DNA of 62,382 nucleotides, the filler included, from Basidiobolus ranarum (lineage: Eukaryota): NCBI GenBank assembly GCA_040143965.1. It is 18 parts of 18 records of this genome, joined end to end, with 100 filler letters (N's around TTAATTAATTAA, not from the genome) between each part and the next. Parts side by side here need not be neighbours in the genome. Positions count along the whole stretch, not along the records: positions 1 to 3,379 come from JASJQH010002528.1; positions 3,480 to 6,858 come from JASJQH010002529.1; positions 6,959 to 10,336 come from JASJQH010002530.1; 15 more parts are not named here. One strand, 5' to 3'. The translations under genes and the position numbers were made by a program. Shown here piece after piece: positions 1-10,436 of this stretch; the stretch's first letter is position 1, and the number at the start of each line of letters is the position of its first letter. The notes below the pieces were generated by a model that worked only from the letters and a program-made list of their open reading frames with translations, was not told the DNA's origin and did not search any database.

Positions 1-296
1 TGGGCCTCAATCAAAGTTAGGCAAAGTAGTCAAAATCTTGATTAATTCTCAATACATCCATACTCAAAGATATCCATTGAGAGCTCTAGACTTAAGACAC
101 TATGAATAAAGCTTTCATTATCTTTTGAATGTGCAATAATGTCTAAAAGTACTTTTCTTAAACATACCACATAAGTAAAATAAACTGTTTCCAAAATGGT
201 AAATAACATCATGCCAGATAGTACCCAATCATGCCAATTTGTGCTGGCACACTTTTTAGCTGGCCTGATCTGGCTCAATAAAATGGAACAAGTCTA
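1..296. mobile_element. End of hAT-like DNA transposon (terminus ATGGAACAAGTCTA = reverse complement of TAGACTTGTTCCAT)
   Basis: The same 14-bp terminus occurs at 13954-13967 and 30170-30183. TAG-starting TIRs are common in hAT elements; superfamily assignment is inference. Confidence 0.5.
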
Positions 297-438
297 AAAT
301 ACCACCAAGAAACTGCCATCACACCATCAAAATCCCTGGCAGAATGCAAGCCACCAATATTGTGATGGTTCTCTGATGGTTTTGCTATTTTGGAGGGTGG
401 ATCCAATCCAGATCTAATTGATTTTATTTTTGTTAGGG
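297..438. mobile_element. Terminal fragment of non-autonomous DNA transposon with CCCTAAC-type TIR
   Basis: Aligns with 18020-18160 and, reversed, with 51767-51910. Ends ...ATTTTATTTTTGTTAGGG. Confidence 0.7.
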
Positions 439-1617
439 CATTTGACTCAGTGGTAGAGATCAGCTGTAGAGAAAGCTTCAGTAATTGACTTCCAAGTCCT
501 TCACTCTGCTGGTAAGGGCCCTCTTTATTGACAGTATAGCCAGAATTCTCCATCCTAAATTCTCCTCCTGTTTGTACTCAATACCAAATGGGGTGGTACA
601 ATGTTCTGTGCAAGGCTCTCTGCTTGTTGTAATATTCCTCAATGATTTTCCCTAGCTGTCTCCAGGATCCTTGCTTACTTTATTTGCTGATGCTATTAGA
701 GTTTCTACTTCTCAGTCTCAGCAGGATACTGTAAGTATTCAGAGGTGTCTATCTGAACATAACTTGGAGCTATCCATTGCCAAAACAATTTCACTTGGTT
801 GTAATATTTCCTTGTATGATTCTGAGATTCCTCAAATGTATCATGCAACCTATCTTGGCTTACTATTCACTCAAACTGGCATTGATGTGAGGAAACACCT
901 GTCAATTAGAATTGCCTTGGCCAAACAGGCTGTTTATAAGTTGCTTGCAGTTACACCTCCCAAAACATTTTATCATGGATGGCAAAGACTTCTCAAGCAG
1001 TTTGTGATACCTGTTCTAGAATATGGAGTACATCTGCTCCCACTCAACTAGAGGGACTATTCCAATCTTGATAGATTCATCAGCTACTACCTCAGGCTGC
1101 TGATGCCTGACTTGCCTGAGACTCTCTACTGAGGGCTAGATTTTTACTCCAACTGAATGACTGCAAAAATCCACTGGTCAAGAAGTGGCTAGCAACACCT
1201 TCTTTAAATTCACTATCATGCTGGAAACTGATACAAGATGATCCTCTTGTTTCTGAACTAGCTTTACAACTGCATCAAACAAAACAGCCCAAAATTGTTG
1301 CTATAGACTTCCAGCTGGATCTTTGGAAGCAATACCTTTCCTCCAAGACACCTTTTTTGATCCACATAATTCCAGGTTTTTGTCCTATTGTCCATTTGGT
1401 TTGTACTGAATATCTTTCTTTCTGCTGACCACCTGTACCCCTTAACACTGTATTTACATCCTCAGAACTGGATTACATTGGTCATCTAGTTAAGTATGTA
1501 TATGATCCAGTTTTGGCACAATATCTTAAAAGATTGATGTCATGATTGTCACTTTGTTTAGATTAGTATATAAACTAAATAAAGTCCACACCACCTGGCA
1601 CTTTTCATCTCCCCTAA
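438..1617 (+). mobile_element. Degenerate non-LTR retrotransposon (LINE): RT domain and 3' end with telomere-like tail
   Basis: Translated remnants AFDSV.RDQL*RKL, GVVQ..VQGS, LFADA (YADD box), LELSIAKT, YLG and PVLEYG match LINE RT subdomains 3-7 and thumb. Stops and frameshifts present. Ends AATAAAG-hairpin-TTTTCATCTCCCCTAA. Confidence 0.85.
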
Positions 1618-1678
1618 GTTTGTCTTTTTATGAAGCACATTAAGAATGTGCAAGGATGACTATTTAGATGCTGGTGTG

Positions 1679-1895
1679 TGTTGAAATTAGCATTGCCCAA
1701 GCACCTCCGTAGTCATGTATTACTTAGTATTTAGTTATCCCATATTTCATTAAGATATCACCCACTAATCACATTCCAAATTTACTTTGAATATTTGTAC
1801 CAATTTGAAGGTTCTCAGATATATAGATTCTTCAAGCTTGTGCTAGAAGCCCCAAGCTTTGCGCACTTGTTGCTGGGACCTTTCTTAACATATTG
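1679..1895 (+). mobile_element. Partial Ty1/copia LTR, family A
   Basis: Starts TGTTGAAATTAGCATTGCC and aligns with the full LTR at 19745-20091. Confidence 0.85.
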
Positions 1896-1965
1896 ATGGA
1901 GCTCTGTCAACTTTAGTCTTTATTCAAATTTCACTGCCACTACCAGATTTAGGGTTAGCTTTACT

Positions 1966-2835
1966 TTAGTTCCAGATGCTACCATTTTGTTGATATTGCT
2001 CATAACTTAGGGCCATGCCTTTTTCGAAGTTTATCTTGGGTTTCCAACCAAGATTCATTAGTCTATTGTTAGATATCTGCTCTTTGTAGATTTGGCCTTG
2101 TCTGTCCTCAACATAACTAATTCTGACATCATTTTTAGTCAATCTTTTCGCAATAGATGCAACGGTTAGTACGCTAACTTCTTCAGTGGATGTTATATTG
2201 ATAATTGTGTATCGGGGTTTGTTCTCGAGAATGGTAATTATACCTGAGACGATATCGTCGATATATGTGAATGTTCTTGTTTGTAGCCCGTTTCCATGAA
2301 TTTTTATGTCCTTGTTTCTATGGGCTCTGTCCAAGAAGACAGCAGGCGCCAGTGATTCCCTCATATTGGGACCATAAAATGTGGCCAACCTCATACATGT
2401 ATGAGGCAGTCCATAAGCTAAGATATCCTGCTCGCTCACAGCTTTCGACTTGGCGTATGGTTCGGTAGGAGATATTGGAGAGGCTTCATCAGAAGGATGG
2501 ATTTCATTGTTACCATAGCAACAGCAGGTGGATGCAAAGAGCAGGCGGATTCCATAACTATTGCATAAAGAGAGTACATTACGAGTGCCCTGTATATTTA
2601 TCATGTTAGAAAGACTAACATTATCCCGAAAGATATTAAGATCGGAGACGGCGGCTAAATGAATTATGGTACTAATCCGCGAATTCACAATAATACTCTC
2701 TAACTGCTCAGTATTCAAAATATCCATTCCATGAGCTATGTCATAGCTAACTACTTCATATCCTTTACGGCGAAGATTCTCAATTACTCGCTTTCCCAGA
2801 AATCCGCTCCCACCGGTCACAAGTATGTTCTTCAT
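1966..2835 (-). CDS. NAD-dependent epimerase/dehydratase (extended SDR; nucleotide-sugar enzyme), 289 aa, intronless
   Basis: ILVTGGSGFLG Rossmann motif, HLAA, N..GT.N, YAKSK catalytic YxxxK, R...YGP, G.G.QTR.FTYIDD, LGW.P. ATG at 2835. Confidence 0.92.
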   Translation of the reverse strand: MKNILVTGGSGFLGKRVIENLRRKGYEVVSYDIAHGMDILNTEQLESIIVNSRISTIIHLAAVSDLNIFRDNVSLSNMINIQGTRNVLSLCNSYGIRLLFASTCCCYGNNEIHPSDEASPISPTEPYAKSKAVSEQDILAYGLPHTCMRLATFYGPNMRESLAPAVFLDRAHRNKDIKIHGNGLQTRTFTYIDDIVSGIITILENKPRYTIINITSTEEVSVLTVASIAKRLTKNDVRISYVEDRQGQIYKEQISNNRLMNLGWKPKINFEKGMALSYEQYQQNGSIWN

Positions 2836-3233
2836 GGTAACAGGAGAAAATTTCAATCTATTATGCCAGAACAGTTAGAGGAATGTTGTCGTTCAAAATA
2901 ATCAACAATGTGTGGAACATAAAGCGAAAACTGCTCGCTTCAGCATTTATCTTCATCGACAGATAGAACTCCTTAATGATATATGAAAACTTACTTGTGG
3001 TGAGAATTAAGAGCGGTAAAGAGCTATGGGTTTTTCTACTTAAATTGGGAGGCTTAGTAGAATTCAACAATATATACTTTTTACGTCACAGAAGTCCGCA
3101 TGCGCTATTGGTTAGCTTTTAACAATAGGGTTTATATGTTGCAATTAGCCATATATGGATATGCAATTGATAAGGAATAGGAGCATGCATGGCTGGTGCA
3201 TATGGATGATGTGTATGAGTGGGTTCGCATCAA

Positions 3234-3379
3234 TAACTCCATGGATAATTTCAGATTTCTTCCTTGATTAACTCCATGGATAATTTCAGATTTCTTCCTT
3301 GATTAACTCCATGGATAATTTCAGATTTCTTCCTTGATTAACTCCATGGATAATTTCAGATTTCTTCCTTGATTAACTC
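3234..3379. repeat. Perfect 35-bp tandem repeat (TAACTCCATGGATAATTTCAGATTTCTTCCTTGAT) x4.2, running into contig end
   Basis: Read directly; the units are identical. Confidence 0.97.
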
Positions 3380-3479
3380 NNNNNNNNNNNNNNNNNNNNN
3401 NNNNNNNNNNNNNNNNNNNNNNNTTAATTAATTAANNNNNNNNNNNNNNNNNNNNNNNNNNNNNNNNNNNNNNNNNNNN
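3380..3479. other. Artificial contig spacer (first of 17)
   Basis: 44 N + TTAATTAATTAA (stops in all six frames) + 44 N. The same spacer starts at 6859, 10337, 13814, 17291, 20767, 24241, 27713, 31184, 34655, 38125, 41594, 45062, 48529, 51994, 55458 and 58921. Contig lengths run in non-increasing order from 3379 to 3362. Confidence 0.99.
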
Positions 3480-5728
3480 TATATCAGCATCAATATTTCT
3501 AGAAAACCAAGGAGTTCCATTCCATCAATCATACTGTACCAACATTGCCCCATAAGTAGCCGATTATAGTGGTCGTAATTCCCGCTCTTAAATTCTGCAA
3601 TAATTCTTTCCACTCCCTCAAAATCCTTTACTCGGTGACCAATAAGATTTCGACATATTGCGTTGGCTAAAATCGTGACCTTTTCCGATACCGAATGATT
3701 GTTATTGCTGAAGCTGTAGGAGAGTCCCAACCACCGGTTTACATGTTCCAAATTTTCTAGATATGTCCTGTCCATCTTGTCTGAGTAGTCCCTTGCGCAT
3801 TTCAACGTCTGTTGTAACAATAGTTTGATTGCCACAGATACGCCGACTACAGAGTACACAGCAACTGCACTTATCAGAACAGGTAAAGGAAGCTGCTTTC
3901 CAACCATAGCAATAGTTGCTGATATCACAGCGCTAAGTTCTCCGATAGGAGTAATCCTCTTCAACAGGTTCGCTTTGGATAGATATATGCGGTCTGATGT
4001 AAGAAGAGTAATCACTCTAAGGCTGATACTTTTGGTAAGACTAGTTTGTAGGTGAGATATCTCAGTATGAGCGCTATTTTGGCGGGCCCGATGATAGCTG
4101 TCACAAGAGCCTCCAGGATGGTTTTCCTGCGGTAAATGCTCGGGTAAATGGTTACCACTTTCCGAGTTACTTTTTGCGCTTTCCGAGTCTAAGTTACTGT
4201 CCAGCTTATTCAAGCGATTGGTTGTAGCATTAGGATTGCATATGTGCAAAATATAGGCATCGTAGAGATCTCCCAAATCTTTCGCTATCTTGGCAGAATT
4301 TACGTTTTTAACCATTTCTTCCAGTTTATCCATTATTACTATGAGCCTTGATTTTTTTTCTTGATTCATTCCGTCATACGCCGAATACACGAACGCCAAA
4401 TTCAGTATCTCTGCTATAGACATGCTTCTGACATAACTATTTCTACTCTTCCCACTTTCATCCACAAAAGCGTGGTAATTCATATCTGTATTCTTGCCGA
4501 ACACGGAAACGTATCCAAGAGTTTCGCACCATAACTTTGCATTCTCAGGTACCTGAACATTTTTGAAAACAACAGGGTAGTGACGAGTTGGATGGCTTTC
4601 TGGGCTTATCTCCTTGCCCTGGTAGAAGAATTTGGCGTTATGTAGATTAGATCCTGAGACCGCGATCTTTATAATACGTTTGCCACCAACATTTTCATCA
4701 GATTTAACAACAACATCTGTAACTTTGGCGACTCCCCAGGACGAGTAAGTTATGTCCGGAATAAAGCTTGCTGTTTCCTCGTTTATCAAGTGCGAGTCTC
4801 GAATTTCACATATTGCATCGGAAATCGGACCCCAGCTTCGCATACTGAGGGTATAACTGCTTATATCATGCTTCTGGATATTTGCAGAAGTGATTTTATG
4901 CACTTTGGGGACAACCCATTCCGGTAACAAAGACCATGTGCCACTTGCATTGCTATAGCACTCTCCAATATGATGGAAATTCCGTAGATCATTCCAAAGT
5001 TGGAATGCGCTGACTGCCTTTCGACATATCCCATCGTGCGATCCTTTCATCTCTTGCGGAGCTAGAATGTTGTATACCGCTGTAAGAAGCGCTACAATTG
5101 CCTCTTCCCCGCGTTCAGATATGCAACTAGTTAGGTTTGGTATAATATCCCCATCGTTGTAGAAAGAGGTAAAATTAGTGCGAAAATGATTATCATAATA
5201 TCGTGCGAATGTATCATCACCAATTGGAGGTGTGCCAAAAGTATAAACGTGTATGACATTTGGATCCATTCCAAGTATAGTGAGTACTCGGAGAGCCACA
5301 ACAACAGCAATGGCACCTCCTAAAGAATGTCCCGAGAATACTATCCGCGCCTTATTGTTTGCAGTGTGTTCTAGAAACTCTAAAAAGCCTTCTAAAGGTA
5401 TTTGTAACCCAAGCTCTAAGAAACCGGAGTGTATTCTCCCTTCGAACCCATGCATATGGATACTCTTACGATAGTTGAGATCTCTTAGGATATCGCGTAC
5501 TCTGCTGGTGGCTTTAAAAGACACATACATGCAATTTTCTGAAAATCCAACAATGTATCCATGGTCGCACCTACTGTTGGTTGGCGCAATGCTAGATATA
5601 GAGGTGCCCGAGCTCCTCAGTACTGAAAATACATCCATGGGATCTCTTCCCGAGAGAGAGTTTGCAAGGGAGATAGAGTTATACAAGTCAACAGAATTCA
5701 TGATACAAACATACATCCGCCTGTACAT
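3480..5728 (-). CDS. Class-3 lipase-domain protein with long C-terminal extension (about 750 aa, 3'-truncated), intronless
   Basis: IHSGF, VFSGHSLGGA nucleophile elbow, YTFGTPPIGD, NDGDIIPNL, H..Y (KHDISSY). A hydrophobic segment lies near the truncated end. Confidence 0.85.
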
Positions 5729-6329
5729 GTGGCTCTATTTATCTTATCTATGTCGGTTTGCGTGCTAAGCCTCCCCACCAGATCTCATATCCAATATTAC
5801 GGCACTTTATGCCTAGCCCAATGCTACAATCGCGTTTGAGTTTGACGTTCTTTATTTTGTTGCTGCAGGCTGTATTGTACCGGTATTGCCAAGTGAAAAT
5901 GCTTGATTCTATTAGAAACAGGCCTGTAAGATTCAGCATGTGATCATAAAGCTGGTGTATATTGGAATGTTGAACACTAATGAAATCAAGGCTAAATATT
6001 TGCACGCATTTCAATATATGAGAACTGTTCTCATGGAACTGTATTATTTTGATATGTACATGCTCTCTCTTACATCTTAGAAGATACTTTCAAAATTAGC
6101 AAAGTGCATACGCACTATCAATCAAATTGGTTCACTTTTTGGCATGCATTTTTCAAGTGACAATATCTCATCCTTTAGCCTTTGTTTTAATGGGCTATTT
6201 GTTACACTGGTTAAGCAAAGCCCAAAGAACAGTCCACTATGCATGAAACTGATCCCATGGATTATGGTGTTATTATACATCCCTATATTCAGTGTGGTCA
6301 GTGAATTATTTGAGTGCAACAAGCTTATA

Positions 6330-6620
6330 CCCTAATAGAAATTTGAGGATTGTTATTGTAGGAAAACCATCACAATTTTAATCCATTTTGGATTGACCAT
6401 TTACTTACCATCATAAAATTGTCAAGTTAGATTTGATTTTAATTAATTTTTTCAGTGTCAGGCATGAAATTTCAAGATCTTGCAAAATAGTTGCACATAA
6501 TTGGCTGCAATCTCAGAGAACTATGGATCAATGCATGTGTGAAAAACATAACTCAAATTTAACATATTTACCACTTGAATGCTAATTTGTCACCTTTGAA
6601 ATCCCTAGTTTCTTTGATAT
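6330..6620. mobile_element. Terminal fragment of CCCTAAC-TIR DNA transposon (second end type)
   Basis: Starts CCCTAATAGAAATTTGAGG. Aligns with 44753-44952 and, reversed, with 18161-18449. Confidence 0.75.
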
Positions 6621-6649
6621 ATATTCTCCTGAATACTCTTGTAGAGTTC

Positions 6650-6858
6650 TTAGGGGGGATGAAAAGCACCAGGTGGTGTGGACTTTATTTAGCTTAAATA
6701 CTATTCTAAACATAGTGACAATCAAGACATCAATCTTTTAAGATATTGTGACAATACTGGATCATATCCATACTTAACCTGATGACCAATATAATCAAGT
6801 TCAGAGGATGTAAATATAGTGTTAAGGGCAAAGGTGGTAAGCAGAAAGGAAGGTACTC
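6650..6858 (-). mobile_element. 3' end of the LINE family at 438-1617, capped by TTAGGGGGG
   Basis: Reverse complement aligns with about 1410-1617. Confidence 0.88.
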
Positions 6859-6964
6859 NNNNNNNNNNNNNNNNNNNNNNNNNNNNNNNNNNNNNNNNNN
6901 NNTTAATTAATTAANNNNNNNNNNNNNNNNNNNNNNNNNNNNNNNNNNNNNNNNNNNNCACTTG

Positions 6965-7058
6965 AAAAAAATGGAACGATACAGAGACGAGTAGCATGGC
7001 CCCTGCACCAGGATGACACTTAAATCTTGAGTGGACACCTCTTCGGAGGACATTTTTT
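6965..7058 (+). ncRNA. U6: U6 spliceosomal snRNA, variant or pseudogene (5' stem-loop cut off by contig start)
   Basis: GGAACGATACAGAGA...TAGCATGGCCCCTGCAC.AGGATGACAC: ACAGAGA box, AGC triad and ISL, followed by a CCTC-TTCG-GAGG hairpin and T6 Pol III terminator. Confidence 0.9.
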
Positions 7059-7757
7059 CTTTATACCTACTATGGGATATATCTTCGTCGTTACAGTAGA
7101 AATAGGGCGACAAGAATTAACACTTGAATGGTTTATATTTGTCATTGTACAAGATATTTATTTTTATTTCGAATAACTCGTTCCTTAGCTTACTTTAGTC
7201 AGTTTTAGTGGCACTTGTTCAAGAAAAGAGTGATTGTAGATATATTCCCCGGCCATAGTATTCTTCATTAGGCAATTGTTACTCTTCTTAGCCCTGTTTC
7301 CAAAATTATATAGCAAGTGATGAATCTGCATGGCCTGAGAGAGAGGAGTGGGTCAGAATCATGTCCTATTGATAGAGTTATGTATACTCTAGAATGGAAT
7401 ATGATCGTGCCACTAACCGTCTTCCTCTCCTCCCACATCAAAACCAGGCTCTGCTTAGTTTCTGCTATCGACTGTTAATATTGGCGTCGATATATTAGTG
7501 CGTCACTGAACCCCAAGACTATAAAATTCCAACAAGAATTAATATCAAGTTACAGTATTATGCATGCCTATTACCGAATTTTGGCATGCATTATGTATTT
7601 TATCGTAACTGATACTCTAAGGGTCGATACGACTACTAATATTTTTACTCGAGTTGTAAACTCAACTATCATCTCCAGTTTTATAGAGAATGATATTTAT
7701 TTTGGTGAAATACGGAGTGCTTGCTAGGGTAAGAATAGAAATGTGAATTCACACTGA

Positions 7758-8381
7758 TTACTCATCTTCCGGTTCTACCTCAGTCTCTTCATCCGGTTCT
7801 ACACCAGTCTCTTCATCAGGCTCAACGGTTGAACCAGTTTGTGCTGATTGCATGATATTGGGCTCGCTGTTCGGCATTTCTTGATCAAACTGTTCTTGCC
7901 CATTTGCAGGTTGCATAGATAAATCATCTTGTTCAGGCTGCATGCGCTCAAATTGGTTATTGGGTAGAAATTGATCAAATTGTTCTTGGCTGAATATTGG
8001 GTTGTATGAATGTTCACCACCACGTTGCTTGGAGTACACCGATGCGGTGTGTTCTCCTTCTGCTTCGACACTGGGTCCATCTTGATATTTCACGCGAATG
8101 CCCTTTTTGTTGCTGGCTTGAGCAGTATTGAGGTTATCATGTTTACGAGTAATAGTGGCGAATACTTGTTTCAATACTGGAGAGTGAGTGACGGGCCCGC
8201 TGAACATGACCGGTGTGTGTCGTGTTTGCACGCCTCGATTGCAAAGATATCCTTGTTGCGCGCAAGGAAAGTTAAAATAGCGAATAACATTATTGTTGTA
8301 TGGAGAGTAGCTGACTGGAGCACCGGAAGCTACCTTAACAACAGCAATACTGGAAACAAAGAGAGTAATCGTGAGTTTCAT
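7758..8381 (-). CDS. Secreted hypothetical protein (207 aa) with Q-rich internal repeats and acidic VEPDEET tail
   Basis: Signal-peptide-like N-terminus MKLTITLFVSSIAVVKVASGAP; QEQFDQ x2; VEP(D/E)(E/D)E x3; TATA-like element upstream. Confidence 0.75.
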   Translation of the reverse strand: MKLTITLFVSSIAVVKVASGAPVSYSPYNNNVIRYFNFPCAQQGYLCNRGVQTRHTPVMFSGPVTHSPVLKQVFATITRKHDNLNTAQASNKKGIRVKYQDGPSVEAEGEHTASVYSKQRGGEHSYNPIFSQEQFDQFLPNNQFERMQPEQDDLSMQPANGQEQFDQEMPNSEPNIMQSAQTGSTVEPDEETGVEPDEETEVEPEDE

Positions 8382-8444
8382 AGTTTAAGAATTGAAGACT
8401 TGGAGTACCTAGAGTTGGATATTTGTGTATATACGTGAAAGGGC

Positions 8445-8452
8445 TATTTATA
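8445..8452 (-). promoter_or_regulatory. Candidate TATA box for the secreted protein gene
   Basis: TATAAATA on the minus strand, about 65 bp upstream of the ATG at 8381. Confidence 0.45.
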
Positions 8453-8827
8453 TGCTGTAATCACCGTCTAGCAGACTATTTCATGGTCTAAGCTTTGGAA
8501 CACTAATGCGGTCATCGGGAAGTGTGATACATTTAAATTAAATGAGTATGCAAGCATTTACATATATAACACTTCTTGATGTTTACTATATTCAGAGCCT
8601 CCGGGGTTTCAGTATAGTTGAGTTGTACGGTAAACTAGTAATTTTATCTTTCCTAACTTTTTCAGGTGGCAAATGTCGTGGTCTTTCGCTAGACCAAATT
8701 TTCAACTCTCACAGATGTAATACCAATGAATTATTTTGTTGTTACTTAAATTTTCCAAACACTAGCAAAGCCATGTGTCATATTTCCATAAGTTACTCTA
8801 AAATTTATTATACTTTACTCTCTAGGC

Positions 8828-8865
8828 TTAAGGGGATGAAAAGCACCAAGTGGTGTGAACTATGT
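8828..8865 (-). mobile_element. Short, degraded LINE 3' tail fragment
   Basis: TTAAGGGGATGAAAAGCACCAAGTGGTGTGAACT matches 6650-6685. Confidence 0.7.
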
Positions 8866-9099
8866 GGAGTTAAGAGAACTAGGGTTTGGTTTTTAGAATC
8901 ACTATTGAATATTCCAAGTAAATTATACTTTAAATTAGGAATGTCATAGAGTGCATATAATAGGAGTATATTGATAACACAAAGTTAACCAGTGCATAGG
9001 CTTTGGAATTTTTGATTAGAGAAATTAAGGGTCTTAACTAAGATAATTTGCGATATATTAATCATGGCTAGTTGGACATGAGTTAGCATAAGGTTTTTG

Positions 9100-9420
9100 T
9101 GTTGAAATTAGCATTACCTAAGCACCTATATAGTCATATATAGCTTAGTATTTAGTTATACTATATTGAATCAAGATATTACTCATTGTTCGATATTGTC
9201 ATTTACTTAGAAGTTCTTCGATAGATAGATATTTCGAAGAAGCCCCAAACTTTGCACACATGTTCCTGGGCCCTTTCTTAACATATTCTACGCGTTAGTT
9301 TGTTTACATCTAGACAAAACTATAAATGTCAACTGAATACTCAATAAATCAGTAAGTGAAAACCATCAATTTCTCTAATTCTCCAAACCACTTCCAACAG
9401 GCTCCTAAAATACTCTAACA
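9100..9420 (+). mobile_element. Solo Ty1/copia LTR, family A
   Basis: TGTTGAAATTAGC...TACTCTAACA (TG...CA); aligns with 19745-20091. Confidence 0.88.
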
Positions 9421-10061
9421 AAAACTAGATATCTTCCATTTTATGCTGTTTTCCAGATCCTTTGCCCAACTCAATAGTTGTATTAAAATCCAAAGTTGAC
9501 AAGTTATCAATGTTATGTATGTTGGAGTAATATGGGAGTTGTTTTGGAGACTTTAATTGGTTTTACAAGTGAATTATGGTTAAGAAAAGCATGTAGATAT
9601 TTGTTGGTAACTGCAAGTATTTTTCTTTCCGAAATAGAGGGATTTCAGCTCAACAAGGATATGAGAGAGATTTCAGTTCCACAAGAAATCCGTGTCTTCA
9701 AACTCACAGCATCTATTAGTATGAGTAAAGTCAAATTGCCAGAAATTAAACATGCTGAACCCAGACACCAAGCAATTATTCTCAAGTGGCTTACATACCA
9801 ATATTAATTACACATACTGTGCAATGAATTAATAATAAAAGATATCTGATTAGTTGAATGCCACAAGGATTCCTTGAATTTAAGTAACTTGCCACCAATA
9901 CATTTATTGTAGGCAGTACTAATGAAATGAAAGATTTTATATTAAAGCAGACTGTAATATTCTTCAGTCCCAATCTCCTCATACTAATTGAGTTAATTTT
10001 TTTAAAAAAAGAAGTATGAGATGTATGTAACAAATAAATATCTTGTCTATATGTAGGATAC

Positions 10062-10336
10062 TGAAATTGTCTTAGCCTAAACATCTATATAGTCATATAT
10101 GTTGAAATTAGCATTGCCTAAGCACCTATATAGATATATATAGCTTAGTACTCAGTTATCTTATATTGAACTAAGATATTACCTATTTTTCTTATGAGGA
10201 ATTTACTTGGAAGTTTGAAGATATATAGATTTTTCAAACATGTGCTAGAAGCCCCAAAATTTGCACACATGTTCCTGGGACTTTTCTAAGCACACCCTAC
10301 TTGTTACTTTGTCTAAATCTTGACAAAACTATAAAT
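10062..10336 (+). mobile_element. Family A LTR (from 10100) nested in an older LTR fragment
   Basis: TGTTGAAATTAGCATTGCC at 10100 interrupts a related LTR start at about 10062. Confidence 0.8.
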
Positions 10337-10436
10337 NNNNNNNNNNNNNNNNNNNNNNNNNNNNNNNNNNNNNNNNNNNNTTAATTAATTAANNNNNNNN
10401 NNNNNNNNNNNNNNNNNNNNNNNNNNNNNNNNNNNN

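Noticed and set aside
3234-3379. 35-bp repeat as CRISPR direct repeat
   Set aside because: Units are contiguous, with no spacers.
3424-3435. TTAATTAATTAA palindrome repeated every ~3.47 kb
   Set aside because: Artificial six-frame-stop linker inside the N runs.
6650-6700. Hammerhead ribozyme / Penelope pseudo-LTR at the retroelement end
   Set aside because: No CTGATGA...GAAA core in the right arrangement, and the linked RT motifs are LINE-like.
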